Below are positions 22,856 through 34,461 of a stretch of DNA of 64,000 nucleotides, piece by piece; within the stretch, counting starts at the first letter, position 1; every line of letters starts with the position of its first letter. The position numbers and the translations under genes were made by a program. This stretch comes from a virus (Duplodnaviria > Caudoviricetes): the IMG/VR virus record IMGVR_UViG_3300029705_000021, one strand, 5' to 3'. Below the pieces are notes generated by a model that ran no database searches, was not told the DNA's origin, and saw nothing but the letters and a program-made list of their open reading frames with translations.

Positions 22856-23332
22856 ATGAGAATGGCATTAACAGGTCATAGACCAGAAAGATTAGGATAT
22901 AACAAAGACAACTTTAGTACAACCGAATGGATAAGACTAATTGATTGGTTGAAGTTGGCTTTAATAGAGCTTAAAGTAACAGATATATATTGTGGTATGG
23001 CAGACGGGTGTGATATAGCATACGGCATTGCCGCCCTAGCATTAAAAGATGAAGGTTATTCTGTAAAACTACATTGTATTCTTCCTTGTAAGAATTATAA
23101 CTCTAGCAATCCTTGGTATAATATTTTAAAAGAGGACGCAGACGAATGGATTGAGTTATCAGAAGAATTTTATAAAGGTTGTGATAATGCAAGAGATCAA
23201 TATATGGTAGACCATAGTGATAAGTTATTTGCAATATGGGATGGTATTGAATCAGGTGGAGTTTGGTCTACTATTAAAAAAGCACAAAAGAAAGGTTTGG
23301 ATATTGTATATTATCCAAAGGAAAATTTATAA
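22856..23332 (+). CDS. SLOG/YspA (DUF1273)-family protein
   Basis: ALTGHRPERLG, GMADGCD, RDQYMVDHSD..FAIWDG..SGG. Confidence 0.8.
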   Translation: MRMALTGHRPERLGYNKDNFSTTEWIRLIDWLKLALIELKVTDIYCGMADGCDIAYGIAALALKDEGYSVKLHCILPCKNYNSSNPWYNILKEDADEWIELSEEFYKGCDNARDQYMVDHSDKLFAIWDGIESGGVWSTIKKAQKKGLDIVYYPKENL

Positions 23333-24044
23333 ATAGAAAAGGAGAAAAATAGTATGATTTTTACAACAAGTAATAATCCAATAGATAAATTAAGCTGCTA
23401 TTTGGATAATAAAAAAGAAGAACTCTCAAGAGTTCACTGGTTAATGGGTAAACATAAAAAAGTTGAATGCACAATTTGCGGAGATATTCTAGATTCTTAT
23501 AGAGATATATGGTCTCCTATGCAATGTGGCTGGTATAAAATTGGTGAATATCGTTGGATATGCCATAGATGTCTTGACCATAGAGATTTTAGAAAATATA
23601 TCCCACAGATTGATGAAGATGAAAGAAAATTATGGGAAGAAATTAAAAAGGAGGATGAATAAATAATGAACGAATTAACCAGAGAACAACAATTAAGAAT
23701 TAAAGCACAAGAAGTAATTGATTTATTAAAAGAATATTTGCCAGAATACAAGGAAGCATTCGATTTGTACGACCCTGATAACGAATACAATTTAGATATT
23801 TGCAAAGAAGGGGATGAAGCTATAATGGGAGAATTTAGTTTTATTCTTTGGGATAAGGGCGAGAACTATTGTCTTGACATAAGAAATATTTGTATTCTTG
23901 GAGTATTAAAACCTCATCCAACCGAAATGATTGAAATTGCACGTTACATAGATGAAGAAAAAATAAAAACTTGTACAATTGAAAACCCTTGGACTTGGGA
24001 TGATGCGATTGAAGTAATAAAGAAAAGATTGGAGGAGACACAGA

Positions 24045-24608
24045 ATGAAGCCATATGATACAGGATTAATATGTGGACGTTTTCAAACATTCCACAAAGG
24101 ACATGAAAAATTAGTAGATACAGGGTTACTTCTTTGTGATAGATTAGTTATTTTAATAGGTAGTTCACAGGAATGTGGCACAGAACGTAATCCGCTTAAT
24201 ATTAACACCAGAACAAAAATGTTAAGAGAAGTTTATGGAGATTCTCCAAATATTATGATATACGGATTAGCGGATCTCTCCAATGAAAATGATATTAGAC
24301 CAGAATGGGGAAGATATCTTTTAGATAATGTAGATCGTTATATTCATAAGAACCCTGAAATTATGATATATGGAAATGATGAAAGTCGTAGTGCTTGGTT
24401 TGATAAGAAAGACTTAAAGAATACTACTGAGTTAATTATTAACCGTACAGAGTTACCTATTTCTGCTACTATGTTACGTCAGCTTATGGTGGAGGATAAT
24501 CGTAAGGAATGGATGAAATGGGTAAATCCACGTTTACATAAAATGTACGATGAATTGCGTAGTGAGTTGTTAAGTGTACCATTTTATAGAGAAATTAAGG
24601 AGAGATAA
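24045..24608 (+). CDS. Nicotinamide-nucleotide adenylyltransferase (NadM-like, cytidylyltransferase fold)
   Basis: GRFQTFHKGH (HxGH), IGSSQ, RNPL and ISAT.LR motifs. Confidence 0.85.
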   Translation: MKPYDTGLICGRFQTFHKGHEKLVDTGLLLCDRLVILIGSSQECGTERNPLNINTRTKMLREVYGDSPNIMIYGLADLSNENDIRPEWGRYLLDNVDRYIHKNPEIMIYGNDESRSAWFDKKDLKNTTELIINRTELPISATMLRQLMVEDNRKEWMKWVNPRLHKMYDELRSELLSVPFYREIKER

Positions 24609-25973
24609 TATGATAGTAGCAGACAGAGGGTTATATGTACATGACTCAGTAAAACCACAAAATTCAATTAAAGAACTCTATGTCCCTTCACAGGGAAGAA
24701 TACCTAAGAAGGAAAAAATTAAAAGAATATACGAAGACGATGATTTTGTAATTGACTTGTTTCCTGAAGAACCTACGGTAAGAGTAAGTATATTTAAAGA
24801 CGGACATTTTCAGGACGAAGCTTTTGTAAGAAAGGATGATTATTGTGGTTAAGTTTTGGAAGGAAGATTTTAGATATATAGCAAGACATTATTGTTTTGA
24901 TGATTATTTTTATACTTTCTCTATACGTGGAGAGTCAGCAAACTATTTAATGAACAAGTATCATTTAGATTATCCTATTATACAAGTAAATGTATTTATG
25001 AATAATGGCAGCATGTCAATTACGAGCAGAGCAAAGAACGGACTTGGTTTTTGCGGAGCAGAGATTAAAGAAGATGATTATAAAGAACTTATGGATATTC
25101 TACAGAAAGAAATAGACAATGATTTGAGAAACTATGAAGAATGGCAATGTAATAGTGATTATTACAAAAAAGATTCAAGATAGAAATAAAGGAGAAAACA
25201 ATGAATAAAAGACCAAAAGAAATTGAAGAAGCTATAGATTACATAGATGGTGTATGCCCTGCCTATATAACAAAATCAATTATAGATTACATAGAGCAAC
25301 TAGAGAGAACAGAACAAGAGTTATTAAACGAGATGGAAAGAATGTCAGATGATGGAAAGTAGTAATGTAGTATTACTACTCTTCTACTATCGGCACTACT
25401 GCTCTCTTGCTGCCGAAAAGATAATTTACACTTTGTGATTTACAAGGTGCAAAATTTGCACTTTAAAAATATTAAAAGGAGATAAAAAAATATGACAGAT
25501 AAAAAATATCATGTAGGCTGTGGTGCATTTGGAATATACGCAGGCATACTAAAGAACAAAGAAGAATGGAAAGATAAATCAGATTGCACAGATGAAGCAA
25601 TTGAGGCTGTTAGAGACTACTTGGTTCAAGAATGTCTTGGTGGTTTAGATTGCAGTAAAGATACCAAGGGTGGTTACTCTTGGAAACTTAAAGATGGTAG
25701 AACTGTGAAGTTAATGATTGAGATTGAGGAGAATAAGTAATGTGTAAATATTGTGAACATATAGAAGATAATACGCAATTAAGTAGTCGAGAATTCAGTA
25801 AATATAATGAAGGATGTTATACAGGTATAGAGGCGTATATTGAACCAAATAAGCTGATTATATTTGCTTGTCTTGACAATCAATATATAAAACCACTAAA
25901 TAAAGAAGTGGAAATATCAATTAACTTTTGTCCAATGTGTGGTAAAAAGTTAAATAAATTTTGTTAAAAACTC

Positions 25974-26002
25974 TTGACAAATATTGTAAATTAATGTATA
26001 TT
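25974..26002 (+). promoter_or_regulatory. sigmaA-type promoter
   Basis: TTGACA-17bp-TATATT. Confidence 0.6.
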
Positions 26003-26037
26003 TAAACTAATTAATTTTAAAGAAAGGAATATTATTT

Positions 26038-27603
26038 ATGATAGTGATTAATTTATTTGGAACTCCAGGAGCTGGCAAATGCTTTGGTAAAAATACAGAA
26101 GTCTTAATGTATGATGGAACTATAAAATATATACAAGATATAAAAGTTGGTGATATAGTTATGGGAGATGACAGTACACCAAGACATGTATTAAATTTAC
26201 ATCGTGGTGTTTCTAAATTATATGAATTAAACATTAATAAAAGTGAAAATATTATAGTAAGCGAAAATCATATTTTATGTATTACAAGACAAAAAAGATA
26301 TGCTAGAAAACATATAAACGAATGGATTACAAAAGATATTTCTATTGAAGATTATTTTTCTATGACAAAAAGTTATAAAGAAAAGTGTAAGCTATATCAA
26401 GTTCCAGTAATATATGAAGAAAAAGAATTAAAAATAGATCCTTATTATCTTGGTATTTGGTTAGGAGATGGATTATCTGAATCATTAACAAGATTCTGTT
26501 CTGCAGATAATGAAATAATTGATTGGTGTGACCAATACGCAGAAAGATTAGGTATCAAATTAAAACAGCATAGTTTTAAAGAAGGAAAATGTCAAACATA
26601 TTGCTTTTCAGAAGGAAATAATGGAAACCATTCAAATCATCCTATTGCTAAATATAATCGAGATTATAATTTAGTTAATAATAAACATATACCTCTTGAT
26701 TATTTGACATCATCTGAAGATCAACGTTTAAAATTATTGGCTGGTTTAATAGACTCGGACGGTTATTTAAATCGTGGTAATTTTATTGAAATAACACAAA
26801 AGAATATAGTTCTTGCTGATGATATTGTAAGATTATGTTGTTCTTTAGGAATGAATGCTCAGAAAAAATATGTATATAAAAAAGCACAAACAATGGATAA
26901 AAATGCACAAGGTAATAGATATTGTAGAATTTCTATATCTGGTGATTTAAGAAAAATTCCAACAAAACTACCAAGAAAAAAGGTGATTAATCAAAATCCA
27001 GTTAATAATTCATTACATCATGGTTTTTCTATAAATGATTATGGAACAGGAGAATATTTTGGCATTGAAACAGATGGTAATCAAAAATTTTTACTTAAAA
27101 ATTGCATGGTAGTACATAACTCGACAGGGGCTGCATATGTATTTTCACAGTTAAAAATGCAAGGAATTAATGCAGAACTTATAACTGAATTTGCAAAAGA
27201 TAAAGTATGGGAAAATAATGATGAGGCATTTAAAAATCAAGCTTATTTATTTGGTAAGCAGAGTTATAGAATGAGTCGTTGTAAAGATAAAGTTGAATGC
27301 ATTATTACAGATAGTCCTCTCCCATTATCTATTTTTTATAATAATGATAAAGAAGTATTAGGTGAGAATTTCAACAAAACTGTTATGGACGTATTTAATT
27401 CATATAACAATTTAAATTATTTATTAATTAGAACTAAGCCTTATAACCCAATTGGTAGACATCAAACAGAAGAAGAATCTGATAAATTAAAAGCACAAAT
27501 GGTATCTTTATTGACAGATAGAAATATTTCTTATACAGAAACTACAGGTGATATTGAAGGATATCAGAAAATTATTGATGAGGCAATGAAGTTATTAAGA
27601 TAG
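26038..27603 (+). CDS. P-loop kinase/ATPase (AAA_28/NadR-like) interrupted by an intein
   Basis: Spliced product VINLFGTPGAGK|STGAAYVFSQLK...ELITEFAKD...IITDSPL, about 174 aa. Confidence 0.8.
   Translation: MIVINLFGTPGAGKCFGKNTEVLMYDGTIKYIQDIKVGDIVMGDDSTPRHVLNLHRGVSKLYELNINKSENIIVSENHILCITRQKRYARKHINEWITKDISIEDYFSMTKSYKEKCKLYQVPVIYEEKELKIDPYYLGIWLGDGLSESLTRFCSADNEIIDWCDQYAERLGIKLKQHSFKEGKCQTYCFSEGNNGNHSNHPIAKYNRDYNLVNNKHIPLDYLTSSEDQRLKLLAGLIDSDGYLNRGNFIEITQKNIVLADDIVRLCCSLGMNAQKKYVYKKAQTMDKNAQGNRYCRISISGDLRKIPTKLPRKKVINQNPVNNSLHHGFSINDYGTGEYFGIETDGNQKFLLKNCMVVHNSTGAAYVFSQLKMQGINAELITEFAKDKVWENNDEAFKNQAYLFGKQSYRMSRCKDKVECIITDSPLPLSIFYNNDKEVLGENFNKTVMDVFNSYNNLNYLLIRTKPYNPIGRHQTEEESDKLKAQMVSLLTDRNISYTETTGDIEGYQKIIDEAMKLLR
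26080..27120 (+). mobile_element. Intein (347 aa) with LAGLIDADG homing endonuclease
   Basis: Starts CFGKNTEVLMYDG, block B SENHIL, YLGIWLGDG and LLAGLIDSDG motifs, ends VVHN followed by Ser; inserted in the Walker A motif. Confidence 0.93.
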
Positions 27604-27618
27604 AAAGGAGTAATAAAT

Positions 27619-27945
27619 ATGAAGGTAAAAAGAAATTTATTAATTTTATTAACAATACTACTCTTCTCTTTTACACTGGCTGGCTGCGAATCAGAAACCG
27701 TTGCAGTTAATGTTGAGAATAGCGAAAATATTAATGGTACAGCGTTTGGGAGAAGTGTAATGGTAGCAATTGGAGATGGATTATGGTATGATTCCACTAC
27801 AAAAATCGTATATTGGTGGAACGGTAGTTTATTTCAATCTTGTGCAGATTTTTCTACTACTCCTTCACCATACTACGCTCCTAATGGATTGCCATATAGA
27901 TATAATCCTGAAACAAATACATTTGAAGAAATTGAGGTAGATTAA
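27619..27945 (+). CDS. Putative lipoprotein
   Basis: Basic N-terminus, hydrophobic stretch and lipobox LAGC. Confidence 0.65.
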   Translation: MKVKRNLLILLTILLFSFTLAGCESETVAVNVENSENINGTAFGRSVMVAIGDGLWYDSTTKIVYWWNGSLFQSCADFSTTPSPYYAPNGLPYRYNPETNTFEEIEVD

Positions 27946-29797
27946 TGGACAATATAGAATTTTATTGGGACGATATTTTTCTAGAATTACATAACGGAGA
28001 AACAGAAAATTTTGAAGAATTATTGATAGAAAAGAATAATTCATTACAAGAAAAAAGTTGTGATCATAACTGCGAAGACTGTTGGTGTAGTTGTACAAAG
28101 GAGGATTAAATGAATAATATATTAGCAGCACAAGTATTACGCTCTCACTTACCTGAAATAACAGACGGAGCTTATAAAACTGCAACTGAAGTTGCTATTG
28201 AAACTTTGTATATGGATGCTATAGATGATTGGCACACCAGATATGAAGGTGAATTATCTGCAAGAGAATATTTAGGATTAACAGAAGATGAATATTCACA
28301 TTGGATTTGTGGCAATGAAGTTATAATAAATCCAATAACAAATGAAGTTGTAGGATATAAAATTGATAAAAGTTTAGAAGAAGTTTATAAGGAGAATTTA
28401 AAATGAGAATTAATTATAGAAATTGCGAAATTGAATGTAATAGAGAAGGTGAATGTCTCTTCTATTCTATTTTTGATGAAGATGGATTTGAAGTAGATTC
28501 TGGGTTTAGTTATTGTAGCGACACCGTTAGAGATTATATTAAGGCGTTAAAGACAACAGTAGATGATTATATTGAGCATCCTGAAGATTACAAAGATGAA
28601 AATGAGGCTGAAGATTTAGAAGATGACGAAGATGATGATAACGAAATGTATCAAATTACTCCACAAGGCATAGCTGCTCTCTCACTGTTACAGTGCGGAT
28701 TGGTTGAACATATGGATGATCCGAGAATAAATGGTTTCTGGGCATTATTTGAAAGCGGTATGATAAAGAGTGGTTATATTGTGGAGGAGGATGAATGTTA
28801 GTAGGAACTTATACTGCAAAATACATAGGTAAAACATTGTGTGGATTTATTAACTCTCACGAATATCTTATTAAGATAGGCAAAGACGAATACTGTTATG
28901 GAATAGAAGGAATTGTAGATATAACAGAGGATGAAGATACTACTGCTTATATAACTTATGCTAGTGAGAAAAGTGTAAAGAGAAACTGGGATATTAAAGA
29001 AGACGTAACACAGTTAGGTGGTGAATAAAATGGCTTTAGGATTAAAGGGATCTTGGAAAGAAACAAAAGGATGGAAACTGACACATAGATTAAGAGAATT
29101 AAAATGGGATCTTAAATATGCTTGGCAAAGAGCTTGGCGTGGTTGGGATTCTAGAGATATGTTTAATATGGATACTAGCTTTATAGACAGACAAAAGGAA
29201 ATTTTGAAAAGATATAGAGAAGTACATAGTGGATTATTTAATGTCCCTGTAGAATACAGAGATAAATTTAGTCAAGATTATTTTGAAGATGATGACACTG
29301 ATATGATTATTGATACTATGATTTTTCATTTAGAAATGATGAATGAAGATTATGTTAAAAAGTTACTTTACGGAAAGAATGTATATGATAATTATTATGA
29401 TTGGAAGAATTATACTATTGAGAAAACCAAACGTATCTCTTCTATTGTTAATCAAAATAAAGAAGCTTTCATGAAATTGTTTAATATTTTCTTCTGGCAA
29501 TTATGGGATTAAATTAACGAATATGACTCAAATTTTGATTTTTATATTTTAGACGAACAAGTTTACACTGAAACTGTTTTGATTCAAATTTGAACTGCGA
29601 GGACATTAAAAGGCTTTAAATTAAGTATCGAGAAAGGTGCGATGATGGGTAAGTATTCAGATTACAAAAAGAAAGCAAGTGCTGAATGTCATTATTGTGA
29701 TTATTGTACTTGTCGCAAAGGACATAAATGTAATTGGTTCAAACGTTTTGTAAAGAAGTATAAAAATAAATAAACTAATTAATTTTAAAAATTATGC

Positions 29798-29826
29798 TTG
29801 ACAATTAATGGAAGTTATGATAAGAT
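29798..29826 (+). promoter_or_regulatory. sigmaA-type promoter with upstream AAACTAATTAATTTT box
   Basis: TTGACA-17bp-TAAGAT with extended -10. Confidence 0.7.
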
Positions 29827-29948
29827 GGCACTAACAAGAGAGTTGGTGTCATCTTTTGTGTATAAAGAATACACATTTTTAATTATAGATTACACTAATT
29901 AATATTATAAATACATATAAAATATTAACAAAAAGAAAGGAAATTATT

Positions 29949-31859
29949 ATGATTTTATTACCTGATATAAGAATTGATGGAAATATTTTAAGTATTCAAG
30001 AACCATTTACTTTAAATGGTTATTTGGTTACTGATATTGATATAATAGAAATGGAGATGTCTTATCATACTATTCCGTCTGGAAGAATTAGAATTAAAAA
30101 TGAAACTAATTATAATGTCGAAATAGGATTTGAAAACCTTAATTATTGTTTTACTAGAGAAATGGATTCTTTTCTTCTCAGATATGGAAGTGATGCTCAT
30201 GTTGAGGGGAGACGTGATAGAACAGATTGGAGTCATTATAATTTTTTTAAATATACTGATGAAATAAAAGAGCAATGTCGTAAAATTCGTGAAGCTGGAT
30301 ATAATTACGGTCGCTATAGTTATTTAAACGCTTTAAGAGCAGACCTTAGAAGACAAGGTAGAGTTGCAGGAGAATTTAGAAATCTTGAATCTTGTAGTAT
30401 AATAAACAATCCATTCGTAAACGAATTTGACGCAACATGGTATGGTAGCAGTGTGACTAATTATCTTCAACCTACATTTGGTGTAGATATAAATACTGCA
30501 AGAAATGCTTGTATCACTTTATCTAATGGAATGAGAGGAGTTTGTACTGTACCTGAAACAATACGTGAATATATTCATAAGCATAATTATAAACCAAGAT
30601 ATATTCATCATTATATGCCTAATGAGAAAGAAGATACTACTCTTCTACTTGGTGCGGAAATTGAAGTAGATTGTGGCGGTGAATCTGAAGAACATGCAAA
30701 AAATGTATTAGAAATCATTTGTGGTATTAACCCAGATAATAATTCTGAAGCATTAGAAGATAAAATGTATTGCACACATGATGGATCATTGAAAAATGGA
30801 ATTGAATTTGATACTATGCCATGTTCATTAGCGTATCATAAATACAAAATGAGATACAAAGAAATGTTTAAGTATCTTGATGAACATGGATATAAAGCAC
30901 ATGATACTACTACTTGTGGGTTACATATTCATGCTGATAGAAAATATCTTGGTAAATCAGAATTAATACAGCAATTAACTATTTCAAAGATTTTATATAT
31001 TCTTGAAAAGTTTAATGATGAGATTTGTGTTATTGCGAGAAGAGGCAATAGCTATAGTAAATTTGTAGGTAACGGAAAAGATGAAAAGTCTATTATTGAA
31101 TTGTATGGTAAGTATAAAAATCAAGATAAGCATGTTGCATTAAATTTAAAACACGAAAAAAGTATTGAGTTTAGATGTTTTAAAGGAACATTAAAGTATG
31201 AGACATTTATTCTTACTCTTGAGTTTGTACAAAACATTATTGATTATGCTAAATCTATCAATATTGAAGAAATTGAAAAAATGAGATGGTCAGATTTGAT
31301 GGATACTTTTTCTGATGGGTTAAAAGAGTATTATAATGAGAGACTTGAGAAAGAAAAACAGAATAAGAAAAAAGAAGAAGAGAAAAAAGAAAGTATTACT
31401 ACTACGTGGAGAGTTGATAGTATTAATCTTAACAATACAACAATAGATACAGGAAGACTTTATATAAACGATGGAGATTGTATACGATCTATAGCTTCTT
31501 TGAATTCTATTGAACCTGAACCTATATATGCTGATATTGATACAGATTGGAGTAGAGCTGGAAGAAATTTATTTAATAATAGTATTGGTACTATATCTGC
31601 AGAAATAGAATCCTCAGCAAGAGGATTTTGGGAAAATTTAGTAATAACTAATAATGGTTGGAATATCATTAACAGTAATAGTTCTACAAAATCAGAAGAA
31701 GAAAAACTTAAAGATAAAATTAATTCTTTAAAGAAGAAAATAAAGAATAGTAATAATTTTATGGAAAAGAAAAATTTACAAAAAGAACTTAATGAAACAC
31801 AAAAAGAACTCAAGAAAGAAAAGAAAAAGAATAGACTAAATAATAATACAGAAAGATAG
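29949..31859 (+). CDS. Putative amidoligase (COOH-NH2 ligase, Amidoligase_2-like) with N- and C-terminal extensions
   Basis: LGAEIEV, HDGSL, GIEF, TCGLHIH, ALN and IEFR motifs in the expected order. Confidence 0.75.
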   Translation: MILLPDIRIDGNILSIQEPFTLNGYLVTDIDIIEMEMSYHTIPSGRIRIKNETNYNVEIGFENLNYCFTREMDSFLLRYGSDAHVEGRRDRTDWSHYNFFKYTDEIKEQCRKIREAGYNYGRYSYLNALRADLRRQGRVAGEFRNLESCSIINNPFVNEFDATWYGSSVTNYLQPTFGVDINTARNACITLSNGMRGVCTVPETIREYIHKHNYKPRYIHHYMPNEKEDTTLLLGAEIEVDCGGESEEHAKNVLEIICGINPDNNSEALEDKMYCTHDGSLKNGIEFDTMPCSLAYHKYKMRYKEMFKYLDEHGYKAHDTTTCGLHIHADRKYLGKSELIQQLTISKILYILEKFNDEICVIARRGNSYSKFVGNGKDEKSIIELYGKYKNQDKHVALNLKHEKSIEFRCFKGTLKYETFILTLEFVQNIIDYAKSINIEEIEKMRWSDLMDTFSDGLKEYYNERLEKEKQNKKKEEEKKESITTTWRVDSINLNNTTIDTGRLYINDGDCIRSIASLNSIEPEPIYADIDTDWSRAGRNLFNNSIGTISAEIESSARGFWENLVITNNGWNIINSNSSTKSEEEKLKDKINSLKKKIKNSNNFMEKKNLQKELNETQKELKKEKKKNRLNNNTER

Positions 31860-32071
31860 TGGAGTTCAAGAGAATATTATGCTGGCATCGTAGATGCTTG
31901 CAACTCGGATTTTCCGAGTGCAATAACTTCGTTTATATTAGTTATATTCGTCTTATATTAGTTAGAATGTAAAATGTTACATACTTAGTACACAACTTTT
32001 CGAGTCGCACTCAAATTTTTTGTGTATTAGTTGCATACATTTTTAAAAATAGTAAGACAAGGAGAAAGACA

Positions 32072-32959
32072 ATGAAATTAAAACTAAGTAAAACAATAAT
32101 TGAAAACAGTCAATTAACTCATGATGCAATTATGGTTTACACAGGAATTGTTGCATCGTATCGAAATAATTGTAATGCAGTATTGACTAACAAAAATATG
32201 ATAAATTATTATCTTACCCAAAATAGAAAAATGCCAAGACGTTTTGAAGAGAATTTAAGAAAAGGATTTCAAGAATTATTAGATAAAGAAATTGTTATAT
32301 GTAAAGAAAAAATAGGAGTGGATTATTATTTTGATTTAAAAAATATTAAACTTAATGAAGTTGATAAATTTGTTTTTATTGATTTTGATGATATTCACAA
32401 AATTATGGTATCTAACTCTTATAATAAGGGTGGTTTATTGAGATTATATATTTGTATATTAAGTACTTTTATTTCTAAAAATAAAATTAAAGATATTAGA
32501 GAACCTGAGAAATTTAATAATATTTTAGGTATGATGTCACAAAAATATTTGTCAGAAATTACTGGTTTATCATCTCATTCTGTGGTTGAATATATTAAAA
32601 CACTAGAACAGTTAGAATTAATATATGTTTCTAGATGCTCATTTATGTTTAAAGATGAAAAAGGGAATATAAAACAACATAATAATATTTATGGTAGATA
32701 TTGTGACAGAGAACTTATTGATGAGTTTGCAAAGATTAGATATGACATGTATGACGATTTACATAAAGTTAAAAGTACTACTGCTACTAACAATGCTAGA
32801 TCTCTAATGCAAAAGTATAATTGTTTACGTAATAACACTGAATATGACAAAGATACTGTTGATGCTATTTATAATTATATTTGTAGTTATAATGAGAAAT
32901 ATCCTAAGAGAACCAAAGATATGAAACCATTTGAGAGGTATGGTTATAAAGTAGATTAA
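32072..32959 (+). CDS. Putative winged-HTH/replication-type protein
   Basis: SQKYLSEITGLSSHSVVEYIKTLEQLELI HTH, NIYGRY; upstream direct repeats TTCGT(C)TTATATTAGTTA. Confidence 0.5.
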   Translation: MKLKLSKTIIENSQLTHDAIMVYTGIVASYRNNCNAVLTNKNMINYYLTQNRKMPRRFEENLRKGFQELLDKEIVICKEKIGVDYYFDLKNIKLNEVDKFVFIDFDDIHKIMVSNSYNKGGLLRLYICILSTFISKNKIKDIREPEKFNNILGMMSQKYLSEITGLSSHSVVEYIKTLEQLELIYVSRCSFMFKDEKGNIKQHNNIYGRYCDRELIDEFAKIRYDMYDDLHKVKSTTATNNARSLMQKYNCLRNNTEYDKDTVDAIYNYICSYNEKYPKRTKDMKPFERYGYKVD

Positions 32960-32988
32960 ATTAAACTAATTAATTTTAAAATTTATTG

Positions 32989-33017
32989 TTGACAAAGTTT
33001 GGAAGTTATGGTATAGT
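32989..33017 (+). promoter_or_regulatory. sigmaA-type promoter with upstream AAACTAATTAATTTT box
   Basis: TTGACA-17bp-TATAGT, extended -10; near-duplicate of the 29.8 kb promoter. Confidence 0.7.
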
Positions 33018-33063
33018 ATCCATAAGAAAAATAAAACTAGTTAAGAAAGGACTGAAAAAATAA

Positions 33064-34221
33064 ATGACATATTTGAATAGCTGCTCTACTACGCAGCCAA
33101 CACAAGAAGTAATTGATGATGTAAACTTCTATTTAAAACAAAATTGGAGTAATCCTTCAGATATTTCACAAAATGGCATTCATGCAAAAAGCGATATTAC
33201 ATATGCAAGAAATCAGATTGCTAAGTCTATTGGGGTTTCGGGTAATGAGATCTTCTTTACGTCTGGAGGATCGGAAAGTAACAATTGGGCATTAAAAGGT
33301 ATTTTAGATAGCCACCCTGAGATTGATACTATTATTACTTCTACTATTGAGCATCCTTCAGTTTATAAGACTTGCAAGTATTTAGAAACAAAAGGATATA
33401 CAGTACATTATCTTAAGGTTAATTGTTGGGGTCAAGTTGATATATATGAACTTGAACAATTGATTAGAGATTATAATATTAAAAATCCTTTAGTTTCGAT
33501 TATGTTTGCTAACAACGAAATTGGCAGTATAAACGATATTAAGAAGATTTCGAAACTTGTTCATGATATAGATGGGATTTTTCACTGTGATGCAGTACAA
33601 GCTTTTATGCATACACATATAAATGTTAAAAAGTTGGGAATAGATTTAATGAGTGCTAGTGGGCATAAAATAAATTGTCCAAAGGGAATAGGTTTTTTAT
33701 ATAAGAGAAAAGACTTAGATATTACTCCACTTATTCATGGTGGTAAACAGATGGATAATCTCAGAGGTGGTACAGAGAATGTTCCGTACATCTGTGCAAT
33801 GGGTAATCAAGTAGAAAGATTATCTGATGATTTAGATATATATCTTGAAAGAGCTGTAGATATTCATAATTACATAGTTCAAGAAGTTTACGAGAAATGT
33901 GGAGAATATTGTGATGTGTATTTAAATGGGCATCCTAAGAAAAGAATTGCTAATAATTTGAGTTTTACTTTTACTGGTATTAATGCAGAACAGCTTATTA
34001 CTCTTTTAGATTTGAAGGGTATACAAGTGAGTGCAGGATCAGCTTGTTGTTCTGGAGAACCAACTCCTAGTAGAGTAATAAAAGCAATTGGATTAAGTGA
34101 TGAAGAAGCTTTTAGTACCATTAGAGTTAGCTTCGATTATAATACTACTAGAGATATGGTCGATGAATTTGTGGATGCGTTGGTTGAGTGTTTGAGAAGT
34201 TTACAAATGTTTGTAGACTAA
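33064..34221 (+). CDS. iscS: Cysteine desulfurase (IscS/NifS family)
   Basis: FTSGGSESNN, IEHPSV, NNEIG, HCDAVQA, SGHK (PLP lysine), SAGSAC (catalytic Cys). Confidence 0.92.
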   Translation: MTYLNSCSTTQPTQEVIDDVNFYLKQNWSNPSDISQNGIHAKSDITYARNQIAKSIGVSGNEIFFTSGGSESNNWALKGILDSHPEIDTIITSTIEHPSVYKTCKYLETKGYTVHYLKVNCWGQVDIYELEQLIRDYNIKNPLVSIMFANNEIGSINDIKKISKLVHDIDGIFHCDAVQAFMHTHINVKKLGIDLMSASGHKINCPKGIGFLYKRKDLDITPLIHGGKQMDNLRGGTENVPYICAMGNQVERLSDDLDIYLERAVDIHNYIVQEVYEKCGEYCDVYLNGHPKKRIANNLSFTFTGINAEQLITLLDLKGIQVSAGSACCSGEPTPSRVIKAIGLSDEEAFSTIRVSFDYNTTRDMVDEFVDALVECLRSLQMFVD

Positions 34222-34461
34222 TTAATTTTATAAAGGAGATGTAGAAATGAATAAAGAAGAAATGATTGAATTAATTAAAGAATATTCACTTGATGATAAT
34301 GAAATGTGTATTGAAAACTGTAGTGATTGTGTTTGTTTAGAAGAATGTTATTCTAAGGCGATTGATAAATGCGATTCTGAATTTGCAAAATCAATTAATT
34401 ATGGAGGATACTCTTCTGAAGAAGAATTTTGGGAAATGTTAATGTCTTAGGTGGTGAATAA

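Larger units (their letters stand above)
19541..29512 (+). other. Rightward block of small accessory/hypothetical phage genes
   Basis: Contiguous plus-strand ORFs with SD sequences, many with CxxC motifs. Confidence 0.8.

Noticed and set aside
6699-34221. Dnd phosphorothioation system (DGQHR protein plus cysteine desulfurase)
   Set aside because: The genes are 25 kb apart on opposite arms and no DndC/D/E homologs are visible
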